Assembly: GCA_029560465.1 (NCBI GenBank)
Contig: JAKQKX010000016.1
Coordinates: 206,221 to 270,220, forward strand
Origin: Candidatus Omnitrophota bacterium
Lineage (GTDB): Bacteria; Omnitrophota; Gorgyraeia; Zapsychrales; JANLHA01
Length of the DNA stretch: 64,000 nucleotides
Reading direction: 5' to 3'
This document shows, one piece after another, positions 17,293-27,371 of this stretch; the first letter of the stretch is position 1, and each line of letters opens with the position of its first letter. A program made the position numbers and the translations under genes. Below the pieces are notes generated by a model, which was not told the DNA's origin, searched no databases, and saw only the letters and a program-made list of their open reading frames with translations.

Positions 17293-17964
17293 ATGAATAA
17301 TTTTATTGTTCTCGGGATCATCGGCCTGGTTATTCTCATCTTTGTAAAGAAAGATACCAGCAAGTCCGCCGATGCCAAGAAATACCTTAAAGCTATGGCG
17401 AAGTTTTTGGGCCAGGGGCAGGATCTGCAGGGCGATGATCCGTGCCCGCAAAGGATAGATTTCATGTACGCAGGCAAGCCGTTTGTTTTTGAGCACATTG
17501 AGGAAAGCGTTTCCGGCGGCAAGAAACGCCACCGGGCCTGCCTCAAAGGGGAAACGCCCCTTCCCCTGACGCTTAATTTTTCCGAGCGCAGCCGGACGTC
17601 CATCCGGGTGAGCCTTGATTCCCTTTTGGATGTGACTAACCCGCAGGCGTTAACGCATATTCCATTGCCGAAAGGGTTGGGGGATTTTGAGCTGATCACG
17701 AATGATCGGCTTAAGGCGATAGAGTTGTTGAGCGATGAGAGAATCTTGAAGACTTTCGAAGCTTTTAAAAATCGGGACGCCGTGGGACACCCGGTTATGT
17801 CGTTGGAAATCGTTGAAGGATTTGTCATCCTGCATTTTCATCCTCCGGGGGGGCTCAAGCCCAGTTTGCTTAATTTGCAGTTGAATGTGTCGTCGATTGA
17901 AGAATATATAAAAAAGATCCTTCCCTTAATCTTAAAAATGACGGAAATGAAAGGACGCGCTTAG
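17293..17964 (+). CDS. Hypothetical protein with N-terminal membrane anchor
   Basis: ATG 17293 after AAAGGA; MNNFIVLGIIGLVILIFV anchor; 8-nt gap to the next gene. Confidence 0.7.
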   Translation: MNNFIVLGIIGLVILIFVKKDTSKSADAKKYLKAMAKFLGQGQDLQGDDPCPQRIDFMYAGKPFVFEHIEESVSGGKKRHRACLKGETPLPLTLNFSERSRTSIRVSLDSLLDVTNPQALTHIPLPKGLGDFELITNDRLKAIELLSDERILKTFEAFKNRDAVGHPVMSLEIVEGFVILHFHPPGGLKPSLLNLQLNVSSIEEYIKKILPLILKMTEMKGRA

Positions 17965-17972
17965 GTCGCTTT

Positions 17973-18593
17973 ATGATCGCCAGGCTGAAACATTTCTTTA
18001 AAACTTCCGTTATCGGCGGACTCACCGTGATCCTGCCGGTGGTGATTTTATTGGCTGTTTTTAGCTGGTTGTTTAATTTCATCACGGGCCTGTTGCAGCC
18101 GATGACCGATCTGATTGTGGCCCATTCAAGGGTGAAGGAGCTTCTTGCCCATTTTTTGGGATTGTTTATTATCGTGATTCTGTGTTTTGTGGTCGGGGTT
18201 GTTGTCCGTACCGGGTTGGGGCGGCTTGCCCATTCCTTAATTGAGGAAAAATTTTTAAGAATTGCTCCGGGATACAATTTGATCAAAGAAACGGTGTCAC
18301 AATTTTTGGGGAGTAAAGAACATTTTTTTTCGAAAGTTGCGTTGGTAAAGCTGGGAGGCTCTGAGGCCCTGATGACCGCTTTTGTCACGGCCGAACATCC
18401 GGACGGAATTTATACGGTTTTTATCCCCACGTCTCCCAATCCTACCAGTGGGCTGATTTTTCATCTTCCGGCAAGTTCCGTTTTTCTTGTCTCGGTTTCC
18501 GTGGAAGACGCCATGCGGTCCATTATTAGTTGTGGAACCAGTTCCATCCCTCTGATAGACAGTTTCCTGAAAGCTCGAAAAAACACATTATAG
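17973..18593 (+). CDS. DUF502 family membrane protein
   Basis: Two N-terminal TMs; VFIPTSPNPTSG and SVEDAMRSIISCG motifs. Confidence 0.9.
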   Translation: MIARLKHFFKTSVIGGLTVILPVVILLAVFSWLFNFITGLLQPMTDLIVAHSRVKELLAHFLGLFIIVILCFVVGVVVRTGLGRLAHSLIEEKFLRIAPGYNLIKETVSQFLGSKEHFFSKVALVKLGGSEALMTAFVTAEHPDGIYTVFIPTSPNPTSGLIFHLPASSVFLVSVSVEDAMRSIISCGTSSIPLIDSFLKARKNTL

Positions 18594-18672
18594 CGTTCCT
18601 GTTCCTGCTGGTTCCCGGAAGTTCTCGGGAGAGGGCAACGGCAGGGCGGGGGGAAAGGAAAGAAAAACATTA

Positions 18673-18700
18673 TTGACAAGGATGTGAAATTTGTTATAAT
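18673..18700 (+). promoter_or_regulatory. Promoter of the hrcA-grpE-dnaK-dnaJ operon
   Basis: TTGACA (18673-18678) - 16 nt - TATAAT (18695-18700) with extended TGn. Confidence 0.85.
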
Positions 18701-18706
18701 ATCCGC

Positions 18707-18733
18707 CTAGCAATCAAAGCGTAAGAGTGCTAA
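18707..18733. promoter_or_regulatory. CIRCE element (HrcA operator)
   Basis: CTAGCAATC-N9-GAGTGCTAA at the predicted transcription start, upstream of hrcA; 16/18 matches to consensus. Confidence 0.9.
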
Positions 18734-18782
18734 CGGTCAAAGTTTGTGTAATATCAAGTAGTTACAATTTCAAGGAGCAGTT

Positions 18783-19520
18783 ATGGCCGTGAAAAATATT
18801 GATTATCAACTCAGGAAAGAACGGGTTTTGGGGATTGTCGTGAGGGAATATATCAAGACCGTATCTCCAGTGAGCTCATCATTTATCGCTCAGGAATATC
18901 TGCCGGATTTGAGTTCCGCGACAATCCGGAACATCCTCGCTGAGTTAGAAGAGGAAGGATACCTGACGCACCCCCATGTTTCTGCCGGCCGGATCCCCAC
19001 CCAGGATGGGTACCGGTTTTATGTGGATAACCTGATGTTTGAGATAAAACTCCTTGAAGAAGAAAAAGTCCGTATTAAGGGTGAATATGATCGGGGCATC
19101 AAAGACCTGGAAGCATTGCTGGAGAAAACTTCGGAACTATTGTCAGATATAACGCATTACACCAGTATTGTTTCTGTAGATTGCTGGCAAGGCCGCATTT
19201 TTTGCCGGGGCACAAATTATGTTGTGACATATCCAGAATACCATGATATTCAGAAAATTCGTGGTATTCTCGTCCTCCTGGAAGAAAAGGAACGGTTGTT
19301 ATCGATCATCAATCAGGAACTGGAAAAGAAGGTTAAGATTTTAATCGGGAACGAAATCGCGTGTGAAAGCATTTCGGATTCCTGCGCTTTAGCGGTTTTA
19401 GGATTTAGAACATCCCTGGGCGCGAGTGGCCGCATCGCTGTCTTGGGGCCCCAGCGCATGGATTATGCGCGGGTCGTTTCGACTTTGGATTATTTGAAAA
19501 GTGTTATTGAAGAAATTTGA
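18783..19520 (+). CDS. hrcA: Heat-inducible transcription repressor HrcA, short form (245 aa)
   Basis: SSATIRNILAELEEEGYLTHPHVSAGRIPT...YRFYVD and C-terminal LGPQRMDY motifs. Confidence 0.93.
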   Translation: MAVKNIDYQLRKERVLGIVVREYIKTVSPVSSSFIAQEYLPDLSSATIRNILAELEEEGYLTHPHVSAGRIPTQDGYRFYVDNLMFEIKLLEEEKVRIKGEYDRGIKDLEALLEKTSELLSDITHYTSIVSVDCWQGRIFCRGTNYVVTYPEYHDIQKIRGILVLLEEKERLLSIINQELEKKVKILIGNEIACESISDSCALAVLGFRTSLGASGRIAVLGPQRMDYARVVSTLDYLKSVIEEI

Positions 19521-19545
19521 TAACTCCTCGTAAGGATAAAGAACT

Positions 19546-20205
19546 ATGTTCGAAGATAAAAAGAAAACTCAGGCGCCGGAGGATCAGAATTCAGCCCGGG
19601 AACCCAAGCCGGCTGAAAATGATCCTGAAAAAAGGGCGCAAGAAGTGAAATCAGATGCGGTTTTTGCAGATGACGGCGCTTTGTTGAAGGCGCAGTTGCG
19701 GGAAACTCGGGATAAATATATCCGCCTTTGTGCGGAATTTGATAATACGCGTAAACGGTATGAAAGGGAGCGGAGCGAATATGTGAAGTATGCCAATGAA
19801 AGGCTCCTGGTCGATTTCTTGTCGGTCCTCGATGACCTGGATCGGACTGTTGACGCAGCCCGCGCGCAACACCAGGACTACAAAGCTTTTCTGAAGGGGG
19901 TTGAAATGGTGATGGCCCGGGTGCGGGACGTGCTGAAGAATTATGCTGTCAAGCCGATTGAGGCGGTTGGGCAGAAATTCGACCCGCATTACCATGAAAT
20001 CCTTATGCAGGTGGAGAGCGATGAGGTGGAGGGCGTTCAGGTGGTTGAAGAATTTCAGAAAGGGTATTCCCTCGGGGACCGGGTGATCAGAACCGCCAAG
20101 GTCAAGGTGGCGGTCGAAAAAACTGCCCGGCCAGCCGTTTCTCAAGGCCCATCGTTGGAGCAGGTCGAGGGAGAGGATTCAGACGATAATAAAGAATTAA
20201 CGTAA
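19546..20205 (+). CDS. grpE: Nucleotide exchange factor GrpE
   Basis: [20 protein letters not shown]...[10 protein letters not shown] motifs. Confidence 0.96.
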   Translation: MFEDKKKTQAPEDQNSAREPKPAENDPEKRAQEVKSDAVFADDGALLKAQLRETRDKYIRLCAEFDNTRKRYERERSEYVKYANERLLVDFLSVLDDLDRTVDAARAQHQDYKAFLKGVEMVMARVRDVLKNYAVKPIEAVGQKFDPHYHEILMQVESDEVEGVQVVEEFQKGYSLGDRVIRTAKVKVAVEKTARPAVSQGPSLEQVEGEDSDDNKELT

Positions 20206-20222
20206 TACGGAGGGACGATATC

Positions 20223-22154
20223 ATGGCAAAAGCAATTGGAATTGATTTGGGTACATCTAATTCGGCGGCGGCGGTCCTGGAAGGCGGGCGTCCGGTCATC
20301 CTCCCTTCCGCCGAAGGGGCTGGCGTTGCCTCGGGGAAGGCTTTCCCCTCTTTTGTCGCGTTTACGAAAGAAGGTCAGCGGCTGGTGGGCGAACCTGCCC
20401 GCAGGCAGGCGCCGATTAATTCGGAAGGGACGATTTACGCGGCCAAGCGCAAAATGGGGACCAGCCATAAATTTAAGGTGTGGGATAAGGAATTTACCGC
20501 CCAGCAGATCAGCGCGTTTATTTTGCAGAAGATCAAGGTGGACGCTGAAAAATATCTCGGGGAGCCCGTTGAAGAAGCGGTCATTACTGTCCCGGCGTAC
20601 TTTAACGATAACCAGCGTCAGGCGACCAAGGATGCCGGGGAGATCGCCGGACTGAAAGTGTTGAGGATTATTAATGAGCCCACGGCGGCTTGTCTGGCGT
20701 ATGGCCTGGATAAAGCCGGCAAAGAGCAGAAGATTATGGTTTTCGATTTCGGCGGGGGGACCCTGGACGTCACAGTGCTGGAAATGGGGTGGGATGAAGA
20801 GAGCAAGGCGGCGACGTTTGAGGTTTTGTCCACCAGCGGCGACAATAATCTGGGCGGCACGGACATGGATAACGTGCTCATCGATTATATTACGGAAGAA
20901 TTTAAAAAGGAAACCGGTGTTGACCTGAGTAAGGATAAAATGGCCTTCCAGCGGCTGAGGGAAGCGGCGGAAAAAGCCAAGGTCGAGTTGTCCAGCACGA
21001 TCTCCACGGATATCAATTTGCCGTTTATCACGGCGGATCAGTCGGGCCCTAAACATATGAACATGACCATTGAACGGGCGAAGCTTGAGAGCTTGATCAG
21101 CAGCATTGTTGAGCGCTGCCGCGGCCCGATTCTCCAGGCGCTTAAAGATGCCAGCGGCAAGCTGGGTGAGCAGGTTAAAATTGACAGGATCATCCTTGTG
21201 GGCGGGCCGACGCGTATGCCGATCATTCAGCAGTTTGTCGAGAAAGAAGTGGGCCAGAAAATCGAGCGCGGGATTGATCCGATGGAATGTGTGGCTTTAG
21301 GCGCCGCGATCCAGGCGGGGATTGTGAGAGGAGAGGCCAAGGAAGTGCTGCTTTTGGATGTGACGCCCTTGTCGCTGGGGATTGAAACCCTGGGAGGCGT
21401 TTTTACGAAACTGATCGAACGCAACACGACGATCCCCACGAAAAAGAGCCAGGTTTTTTCCACCGCGGAAGACAATCAGCCGGCCGTCACTATCCGTGTT
21501 TTGCAGGGGGAACGGCAGATGGCCAATGACAACACCGAACTGGGGCGTTTTGACCTTGTCGGAATCCCCCCGGCTCCACGAGGGGTGCCTCAGGTCGAGG
21601 TGACGTTTGATATTGACACGGACGGGATCGTTCATGTGTCGGCCAAGGATAAAGGCACGGGCAAAGAACAGTCGATCCGGATCACTGCCCCGACGAAATT
21701 ATCCGAGGAAGAGATCGAGCGGATGGTCAAAGAAGCGGAAAAATACGCGGGGGAGGATAAGAAGAAAAAAGAGGAGGTTGAGGTCGTCAATCAGGCGAAC
21801 AGCCTTGTTTATTCAACGGAGAAATCCCTTAAGGATTACGGTGATAAAATTCCGGCCGGCGATAAAGAGAATATTGAAAAGGAAATCAATAATCTTAAAG
21901 AGGCGGTGAAAAGCCATGATTTGGAGAAGATGAAAGCCGGCATGGAGTCCTTGCAAAAGGTGAGCCATAAACTGGCGGAAGAAATTTATAAGTCGACGGC
22001 TTCACAGCAGGCGGCCCAAGGGCCGGCGGGGGAGCCCCAAGCCGAAACGCAGTCCCGGGAGCAGGACAGTTCATCTAAAAAGGAAGGCCCCGCAGGCGGG
22101 AGCAAGGATGATGTCATTGACGCGGACTTTAAAGCGGAAGATGACAAAAAATAA
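20223..22154 (+). CDS. dnaK: Molecular chaperone DnaK
   Basis: [40 protein letters not shown] motifs. Confidence 0.98.
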   Translation: MAKAIGIDLGTSNSAAAVLEGGRPVILPSAEGAGVASGKAFPSFVAFTKEGQRLVGEPARRQAPINSEGTIYAAKRKMGTSHKFKVWDKEFTAQQISAFILQKIKVDAEKYLGEPVEEAVITVPAYFNDNQRQATKDAGEIAGLKVLRIINEPTAACLAYGLDKAGKEQKIMVFDFGGGTLDVTVLEMGWDEESKAATFEVLSTSGDNNLGGTDMDNVLIDYITEEFKKETGVDLSKDKMAFQRLREAAEKAKVELSSTISTDINLPFITADQSGPKHMNMTIERAKLESLISSIVERCRGPILQALKDASGKLGEQVKIDRIILVGGPTRMPIIQQFVEKEVGQKIERGIDPMECVALGAAIQAGIVRGEAKEVLLLDVTPLSLGIETLGGVFTKLIERNTTIPTKKSQVFSTAEDNQPAVTIRVLQGERQMANDNTELGRFDLVGIPPAPRGVPQVEVTFDIDTDGIVHVSAKDKGTGKEQSIRITAPTKLSEEEIERMVKEAEKYAGEDKKKKEEVEVVNQANSLVYSTEKSLKDYGDKIPAGDKENIEKEINNLKEAVKSHDLEKMKAGMESLQKVSHKLAEEIYKSTASQQAAQGPAGEPQAETQSREQDSSSKKEGPAGGSKDDVIDADFKAEDDKK

Positions 22155-22206
22155 GGCGCGCGCCAACTCTGCCGGTTTCGCACAGCGTGAGCCGGTTCAA
22201 GAAAAG

Positions 22207-22247
22207 AAGCCGTTTATAGTTTTGGCACCCTAGCTAGCGGTTTTTTT
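22207..22247 (+). terminator. Weak terminator-like stem with U-tract between dnaK and dnaJ
   Basis: AAGCCGTT (22207-22214) pairs with AGCGGTTT (22236-22243) using two G-U pairs and runs into a T7 tract. Confidence 0.4.
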
Positions 22248-22268
22248 GTGACATATTTTGAGGTTATT

Positions 22269-23420
22269 ATGAAGAAAGATTATTATGAGATTCTTGGCTT
22301 ACCCAAAGATGCCAGCCCCCAACAGGTGAAGAAGGCATACCGGTCGTTGGCGTTGCGGAATCATCCGGACCGTGTTCCGCAGGAGAAGAAGAAGGAGGCG
22401 GAAGAAAAATTTAAGGAGATTTCCGAGGCGTACGCTGTTTTGTCCGACCCGCAGAAACGCCAGATGTATGATCAGTATGGCCATTCAGGGATTGACCAGC
22501 GGTATACCACTGAAGACATTTTCCGCGGTGCGGATTTCAGCAGTATTTTCGGGGAAGGCGGGCTGGGGGATATTTTCGGCCAGTTTTTCGGGGACTCCAT
22601 CTTCGGCGATGTCTTTGGGGGGGCGGGTGCCGGAAGCCGCCGCGGACGGGCCAGGCGTGGCCGGGATATTCAATATGAAGTGAATATTTCCCTGGAAGAA
22701 GCCTTTGCCGGGGTGCGGAAGAATATTAAGGTGCCAAGAGAGGAAATCTGTACCCATTGTAACGGCAGCGGGGCCAAGCCGGGGACACAACCTAAAACCT
22801 GCCCGACCTGCGGAGGCCAGGGCCAGGTGTTTATGACGAGTGGGTTTTTCCGCATGGCCCAAGCGTGTGGCGCGTGCCGGGGGCAGGGTAAGATCATTGA
22901 GGCGGTTTGCCCGCAATGCCAGGGCCGCACGGTGGTCCGCACGACAAGGAATATTGAGGTTAATATCCCTGCCGGTGTGGATAATGACAGCCGTTTGAGG
23001 GTGCGTGGGGAGGGAGAGGTGGGGAGTGCCGGGGCCGGGGACCTTTATTTGTATATTGCTGTTAGCCCGCATTCCAAATTTGAAAGAGACGGTCGGGATA
23101 TTTATTGCCAGCTGCCAGTCAGTTTTGTGACTGCGGCGTTAGGCGGGGAGGAGAGCGTGGCGACCCTGAATGGCCAGGTCATGATGAAAGTGCCAGCCGG
23201 TACGCAAAGCGGTAAGATGTTCCGTTTAAAGGGAAAGGGCATGCCTGATTTGCACGGCGGAGCCCCTGGGGACCAGTTTGTCAAGGTGATGATCCATGTC
23301 CCGACCCGTTTGACTGCGGAGCAACGCCGTTTGCTGGAGGAGTACGCGCGCGTGAGCGGGCAGGATGTTCTCAAGGGGAATGATTCCTTCAAGGAAAAAA
23401 TTAAAAGTGTTTTCAAATAA
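22269..23420 (+). CDS. dnaJ: Molecular chaperone DnaJ
   Basis: J-domain with HPD, G/F-rich region, four CxxCxG motifs; ATG 22269 after GAGG. Confidence 0.97.
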   Translation: MKKDYYEILGLPKDASPQQVKKAYRSLALRNHPDRVPQEKKKEAEEKFKEISEAYAVLSDPQKRQMYDQYGHSGIDQRYTTEDIFRGADFSSIFGEGGLGDIFGQFFGDSIFGDVFGGAGAGSRRGRARRGRDIQYEVNISLEEAFAGVRKNIKVPREEICTHCNGSGAKPGTQPKTCPTCGGQGQVFMTSGFFRMAQACGACRGQGKIIEAVCPQCQGRTVVRTTRNIEVNIPAGVDNDSRLRVRGEGEVGSAGAGDLYLYIAVSPHSKFERDGRDIYCQLPVSFVTAALGGEESVATLNGQVMMKVPAGTQSGKMFRLKGKGMPDLHGGAPGDQFVKVMIHVPTRLTAEQRRLLEEYARVSGQDVLKGNDSFKEKIKSVFK

Positions 23421-23436
23421 AATGAGGTGAACAATT

Positions 23437-23706
23437 ATGCCAACGTATCAGTATGAATGTGCCAGTTGCGGACAGAGTATGGAAATCATGCAAGCCATTA
23501 CGGATGCTAAGCTGACGCAGTGCCCTCAATGCGGGCAAAACACGCTTCAACGCTTGATTGGGGCCGGAAGCGGGATTATCTTCAAAGGCAACGGGTTTTT
23601 TGAAACAGATTATAAGCGGAAATCCGCCAAGAAAGATGCTCCTAAGCATTGCCCGGTTGGGGAAGGGAAATCCTCTTCCTGCCCATGCTCGTGCGATGAA
23701 TCCTGA
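23437..23706 (+). CDS. FmdB-family zinc ribbon protein
   Basis: MPTYQYECASCG...CPQCG...FKGNGFFETDY; Cys-rich tail. Confidence 0.92.
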   Translation: MPTYQYECASCGQSMEIMQAITDAKLTQCPQCGQNTLQRLIGAGSGIIFKGNGFFETDYKRKSAKKDAPKHCPVGEGKSSSCPCSCDES

Positions 23707-24043
23707 TTGCCGTTTCAGAGACTTCTTGGAATCATGGGGCACACTATCCCGTAAGTCTATAATATAAAATAAGTTCCGAAAGATTTCTTGCCGGCTGATT
23801 TCTTTGGGATTATGGATGCCCCTCTTTTAAAGTCCTTTATGCGGCATAAGGCCAACCTTTCACTTCCGGTAACAGCTTTTTTCCCCTGCAAATGAGAAAC
23901 GAAATTTCATAGAAATCAATTCCCAGAATGGCGTTATTTTGCTATTATGGCGTGTTAGTTCTGTTAATGGAAACAGGCAGGACCGTTATCAAACTGAAAG
24001 AAAGGAGATATTCCTTTTAAAGAAGGATGTTTTATAAATACAT

Positions 24044-25309
24044 ATGAGCGCAATACAACCTTTTAAAGCCCTTTATTACAACAAAACAAAACTGGGGGAT
24101 TTGTCAAAAGTCGTGTGCCCCCCTTATGATGTTATCACCCCGGAACACCAGGCGGATTATTATAATCAGAGCGAGTTTAATTTTGTCCGCATCATCCTTG
24201 GGAAGGATCAGCCGGAAGACGACCGGAACAGTAATAAATACAGCCGGGCCAAGGACCTTTTTCAGAAATGGCAGCAGGACGGCATTTTTCTTGAGGATGA
24301 TCAGCCTAGTATTTATTATTATAAACAAGAATATAGGGTCATGGGGGAGAAACACAGCCGGTTGGGATTTATTTCTCTGATGAGGATCCATGATGACCAG
24401 GATGCGAAAATATTTCCGCATGAGAACACCCATATGAAAGCTAAAGAGGACCGTTTAAAGTTGTGGAAGAGCCTCTCGGCGAATCTCAGCCCGATTTTTG
24501 TGTGTTTTTCCGATACGACCAAAAGAGTCAACACGATTTTTTTTGAGAAGGTCGCCTCGACCGAACCGATGCTTGACGTTGAAGATGACGAAGGGGTCCA
24601 CCATACGCTGTGGCGGTTGAGCGACGCCGGGCTGGTTCAGAAGATTGTCGAAGCCTTGGCGGGACAGCCGTTATTTATCGCTGACGGCCATCACCGTTAT
24701 GAAGTGGCGAGAGAACTTCAAAAGCAGATGAAAGAAAAGGTGTCTCATTATACCGGAGAGGAACCGTTTAACTTTGTGATGACGTATTTGACGGATATCA
24801 GCTCGCGGGACTTGAAAATATTTCCGATGCACCGGATTATCAAAAAGATATCGCTGAAAACAGAATGGCTGGAAGAACTGTTTCGCGTAGACAAATTTAA
24901 AACCAAGGAAGATTTGAGCATTCGCCTTGCGAAAGCCGGGAAGAATGAGCATGCGTTCGGCTTGTATACCGCCGACAGCACCAGGCTGTTGCGTTTGAGA
25001 AATCCGTCGCTTATTGATAAATATATCCAGGAAGGATCGGAAGAATTCCGCCGTTTGGACGCCACCATTTTGAAGCATTTTATCCTTGACCGGGCGGGCG
25101 TGGCTTCAGAGGATATTGTGTACACTCACGATTTGGCCCGTGCGACCCGTGACGTGGATGCGGGGCTGGCTGAGGCGAGCTTTATCATGAATCCGGTTAA
25201 GATTCAACAATTGAAAGCCATCGCGCTTAAGGGTGAGAAAATGCCTCCCAAGACAACGTATTTTTATCCCAAAGTTTTATCCGGCTTAACTATTCATAAA
25301 ATTCATTAA
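24044..25309 (+). CDS. DUF1015 family protein
   Basis: PPYDVI, PHENT, IADGHHRYE, MPPKTTYFYPK motifs. Confidence 0.92.
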   Translation: MSAIQPFKALYYNKTKLGDLSKVVCPPYDVITPEHQADYYNQSEFNFVRIILGKDQPEDDRNSNKYSRAKDLFQKWQQDGIFLEDDQPSIYYYKQEYRVMGEKHSRLGFISLMRIHDDQDAKIFPHENTHMKAKEDRLKLWKSLSANLSPIFVCFSDTTKRVNTIFFEKVASTEPMLDVEDDEGVHHTLWRLSDAGLVQKIVEALAGQPLFIADGHHRYEVARELQKQMKEKVSHYTGEEPFNFVMTYLTDISSRDLKIFPMHRIIKKISLKTEWLEELFRVDKFKTKEDLSIRLAKAGKNEHAFGLYTADSTRLLRLRNPSLIDKYIQEGSEEFRRLDATILKHFILDRAGVASEDIVYTHDLARATRDVDAGLAEASFIMNPVKIQQLKAIALKGEKMPPKTTYFYPKVLSGLTIHKIH

Positions 25310-25335
25310 TTGAAGCGGGGATCAGGGCGGTCGCT

Positions 25336-26178
25336 ATGTCATTGTTCGGCAAAAAGCAGTACACGCTTATCAGTGTGAAGAAAAAAAATATCCCGGAAGG
25401 GATATGGTCCAAGTGTCCGGAGTGCCAGTCCCCGACCTATGTCAAAGCCCTGCAGGATAACCTGAACGTGTGCCCGAAATGCCGCTACCATTTTTCCCTG
25501 ACAGCCCAGCAACGCATCGATCTTTTAATAGATCCCGGGACATTTGAGGAGTTTGACGCACATCTGGTTTCCCAGGACCCTTTGGAGTTCAAGGGGCCCA
25601 AGACGTATCTTGAAAAATTGTTCAGCGACACTAAAATCACGGGATTGAAGGACGCCGTGATTACGGGGAGAGGGGACATGAATGGCCAGCCCCTGGTTTT
25701 TTGCGTGACAGATTCCCGTTTTATTATGGGATCCATGGGGTCGGTGGTCGGAGAACGGATCACGCGCGCGATTGAGTATGGCACGCGCCAGCAGCTGCCC
25801 GTGGTGATTGTGTCTGGTTCCGGTGGCGGCGCGAGAATGTACGAAGGCCTGTTTTCTTTGATGCAGATGGCCAAGACCTGTGCGGCCTTGGCAAAGCATC
25901 ACGAAGCGGGCTTGTTGCATGTTTCTGTGTTGACGAATCCTACGATGGCTGGAATTATGGCGTCTTTTGCCGGTATCGGGGATGTGATTATTGCTGAACC
26001 CAAGGCCCTGATAGGATTTACCGGCCCTCGGGTTATTGAGCAGACAATCCGGCAAAAGCTTCCGGGTGGGTTCCAGCGTTCAGAATTTCTCTTGGAGCAC
26101 GGCTTGATCGATATGATTACCGATCGTAAAGACATGAAGCAGCTCCTGACCCAGCTGATTCAGTATTGCCAAGTATAA
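25336..26178 (+). CDS. accD: Acetyl-CoA carboxylase carboxyltransferase beta subunit
   Basis: N-terminal C4 zinc finger; GSMGSVVGE, GGARMYEG, GFTGPRVIEQT motifs. Confidence 0.97.
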   Translation: MSLFGKKQYTLISVKKKNIPEGIWSKCPECQSPTYVKALQDNLNVCPKCRYHFSLTAQQRIDLLIDPGTFEEFDAHLVSQDPLEFKGPKTYLEKLFSDTKITGLKDAVITGRGDMNGQPLVFCVTDSRFIMGSMGSVVGERITRAIEYGTRQQLPVVIVSGSGGGARMYEGLFSLMQMAKTCAALAKHHEAGLLHVSVLTNPTMAGIMASFAGIGDVIIAEPKALIGFTGPRVIEQTIRQKLPGGFQRSEFLLEHGLIDMITDRKDMKQLLTQLIQYCQV

Positions 26179-26204
26179 TTCTTAACTCCCGTAAAATAAA
26201 AAAG

Positions 26205-26233
26205 TTGCAAGATTTTAATTTTTTTAATAAAAT
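26205..26233 (+). promoter_or_regulatory. Putative promoter of the ATPase-GGDEF-GGDEF unit
   Basis: TTGCAA (26205-26210) - 17 nt - TAAAAT (26228-26233). Confidence 0.6.
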
Positions 26234-26267
26234 AGAAACCATGTCTTTAACTTAAAAGGATAGCGTC

Positions 26268-27371
26268 ATGGCACAAATCAGCATTAAGAATGTTAGTAAA
26301 ATATATAAAGGCGGGGTCAAAGCCGTTGACAATGTGTCCCTTGGCATTGAAAATAGGGAATTCCTGGTCCTGGTCGGGCCTTCCGGATGCGGGAAGTCCA
26401 CGACCCTGCGTATGATTGCGGGGCTGGAGGATATTTCCGAAGGCAATATCTGGATTGGAGACAGGCTTGTTAATGATGTCCCGGCAAAAGACCGCAACAT
26501 TGCCATGGTGTTCCAGAATTATGCTCTTTACCCGCACATGACGGTTTTTGAAAATATGGCTTTTGGTCTTCGGCTAAGGAAATATCCCAAGAGTGAAATT
26601 ACCCGCCGGGTTCATGAAGCGGCGGAAATCTTGGGGATCAAAATGTACCTGGAACGCAAGCCTCGTCAGCTTTCCGGCGGGGAGAGGCAGCGCGTGGCCT
26701 TGGGCCGGGCGATTGTCCGTAAACCGGAAGTATTTCTGTTTGATGAACCCCTCAGCAACCTGGACGCGAAGATGCGGGTCTTGATGCGTACGGAAATCCA
26801 TAAGTTGCGGCTGCGGTTGCAGACCACGTTCGTTTATGTGACTCATGACCAGGTCGAGGCCATGACCTTGGGCGACCGGATTGCCGTCATGCTCAAAGGC
26901 AAGATTCAACAATGCGCGGATCCGATAACAATTTATGATAAGCCGGCGAACAAGTTCGTGGCGAGCTTTATTGGGTCGCCGCCGATCAACTTAATGGAAG
27001 GCCGTATCATCAAAAAGGACCGCCGGTATTATTTTGACGAGGGGAAATTCCATATTAAAATCGTTGAAGAAATGCATAAGCCGATCGCTCCGTACCAGGG
27101 GAAAGACATCATCTTCGGGATACGGGCGGAAGATATTTATGATAAACTGTTTGTGTCGGAGGCGTCTCCCGAGAACACGATCAAGGCGACCTGTGAAGTG
27201 GTTGAACCGATGGGCTCTGAAGTATATTTGTACCTAAATTCCGGGAAAAACACGTTTCTTGCCCGGGTAGGCGCTCATGACCGCCCGGAAGTCAACCGTG
27301 ATATGGATCTGGTTTTTGATATGAGCAAGGTACACTTTTTTGATAAGGACACTGAAGAAACAATTATATAA
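26268..27371 (+). CDS. Carbohydrate ABC transporter ATPase, MsmX/MalK/UgpC type
   Basis: GPSGCGKS, VFQNYALYPHM, LSGGERQR, DEPLSNLDAK motifs; C-terminal TOBE region. Confidence 0.95.
   Translation: MAQISIKNVSKIYKGGVKAVDNVSLGIENREFLVLVGPSGCGKSTTLRMIAGLEDISEGNIWIGDRLVNDVPAKDRNIAMVFQNYALYPHMTVFENMAFGLRLRKYPKSEITRRVHEAAEILGIKMYLERKPRQLSGGERQRVALGRAIVRKPEVFLFDEPLSNLDAKMRVLMRTEIHKLRLRLQTTFVYVTHDQVEAMTLGDRIAVMLKGKIQQCADPITIYDKPANKFVASFIGSPPINLMEGRIIKKDRRYYFDEGKFHIKIVEEMHKPIAPYQGKDIIFGIRAEDIYDKLFVSEASPENTIKATCEVVEPMGSEVYLYLNSGKNTFLARVGAHDRPEVNRDMDLVFDMSKVHFFDKDTEETII

Noticed and set aside
18752-18764. IHF consensus match TATCAAGTAGTTA in the hrcA leader
   Set aside because: Short degenerate motif in AT-rich DNA with no independent support.
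20142-21056. 304-aa antisense ORF inside dnaK
   Set aside because: Long antisense frames opposite dnaK are a well-known codon-bias artefact; it overlaps a conserved gene almost completely.
22155-22247. Structured dnaK-dnaJ spacer as a riboswitch
   Set aside because: Hairpins are present but no aptamer consensus is recognisable; intercistronic stems are common in dnaK operons.
23748-23780. dif-like AT-rich sequences here and near 53893-53921
   Set aside because: Poor match to the XerD arm TTATGTTAAAT, and no switch in gene orientation suggesting a terminus.
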